In this document: one piece after another, positions 63,201 to 64,000 of the stretch
Numbering within the stretch: the stretch's first letter is position 1
How the letters are laid out: each line of letters opens with the position of its first letter
Assembly (NCBI GenBank): GCA_033442325.1
Contig: JAWQFM010000027.1
Span: 412,728-476,727, forward strand
Direction of reading: 5' to 3'
Origin: Salpingoeca rosetta
Taxonomy: Eukaryota > Protista > Choanoflagellata
DNA: 64,000 nucleotides
The notes under the pieces: generated by a model
The model's database searches: none
What the model was told of the DNA's origin: nothing
The model's input: only the letters and a program-made list of their open reading frames with translations
Program-made: the position numbers and the translations under genes

Positions 63201-64000
63201 GATCCTGCCGGGGACCTGCTGAAGCTTGCGGAGAAGACCGGGTTTGGCGGGAACAGGCTCAAGTTCCTCAGCATGGGCCAGGGGCAGGGCAAGATTGCGC
63301 TGCAGATGCTGGAGACGGCTGCGCAGCGCGGGCAGTGGCTCATGCTGCAGAACTGCCACCTGCTTGTCAAGTGGCTGCGCGACCTGGAGAAGGCGCTGGA
63401 GCAGATTACCAACCCGCACCCGGAGTTTAGGCTGTGGCTGACGACGCAGCCGACAGACAAGTTCCCCATTGGCATTCTGCAGCGCTCGCTCAAGGTGGTG
63501 TCTGAGCCGCCCAACGGGCTGAAGCTGAACCTGCGCGCGACGCTGACCAAGATCAGCGACGAGGGGCTGAGCGAGGAGGCGTGCCCGCACCCTGCGTTCC
63601 CCTCGCTCGTGTACACGCTGGCCTTCTTCCACGCTGTTGTACAGGAGCGCCGCAAGTACGGCAAGGTGGGCTGGAACGTGCCCTACGACTTCAACGAGAA
63701 CGACTTCCGCGTGTGCATGGACATTATCCGCACGTACCTGAACAAGGCTGTGGAGAACGGGGACGAGAAGCTACCGTGGGGGTCGCTCAAGTACCTGGTT
63801 GGGGAGGTGATGTATGGCGGGCGAGCCATTGACAGCTTTGACCGCCGCGTCCTGCGCACGTACATGGACGAGTTTATGGGCGACTTTATCTACGACACGT
63901 TCCAGCCGTTCCACTTCTTTGTGAACGAGGATGTTGACTACACAATCCCGCAGGCCACCACGCGGCAGGAGTTTTTGGACTACGTGCAGACGCTGCCGCT
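45259..64000 (+). CDS. DNAH10: Axonemal inner-arm (I1/f alpha) dynein heavy chain, DNAH10 type; 3' end beyond the window
   Basis: P-loops [24 protein letters not shown] and GVGGSGRQS; [73 protein letters not shown]...DTFQPFHFF and the GTSKT AAA3 loop are what I recall as DNAH10-specific. Open exon from 57960 to the window end. Confidence 0.93.
49976..50071. repeat. 31-bp intronic tandem repeat (3 copies)
   Basis: cacgtttcaccgagacacactacagccagca repeated. Confidence 0.85.

Noticed and set aside
58191-63865. Long minus-strand ORFs (up to 469 aa) over the dynein exon
   Set aside because: Antisense shadows of a GC-biased coding exon; no motifs.

Overview
Eukaryotic, intron-rich genomic DNA with GT-AG introns full of CA/GT microsatellites and two 100-N assembly gaps. 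Gene content and intron style point to a choanoflagellate such as Salpingoeca rosetta (inference). Most ORF-track entries are microsatellite or antisense artefacts, so I rebuilt genes by joining exons by hand. In order: a decaying sushi/EGF/cadherin/PSI extracellular gene (-), NAC-beta/BTF3 (+), CNDP2-type dipeptidase (-), an RmlD/MAT2B-like SDR with an N-terminal hydrophobic anchor (+), a Cys-type SelO (-), a head-to-head pair of secreted multidomain enzymes, a low-complexity coiled-coil protein (-), AP-1 mu (-), a type I membrane protein with two luminal PDZ domains (+), and DNAH10 dynein heavy chain (+, runs off the end). The strongest candidate for an undescribed system is the pair at 22.1-32.7 kb. 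One gene is an alliinase/TAA1-family PLP enzyme with an ependymin-like tail; the other is a complete multicopper oxidase with a His-rich TPR-like module. They are transcribed divergently from a ~350 bp spacer, and each carries a copy of the same ~200-240 aa domain, which I cannot assign and which ends in CxxCH.
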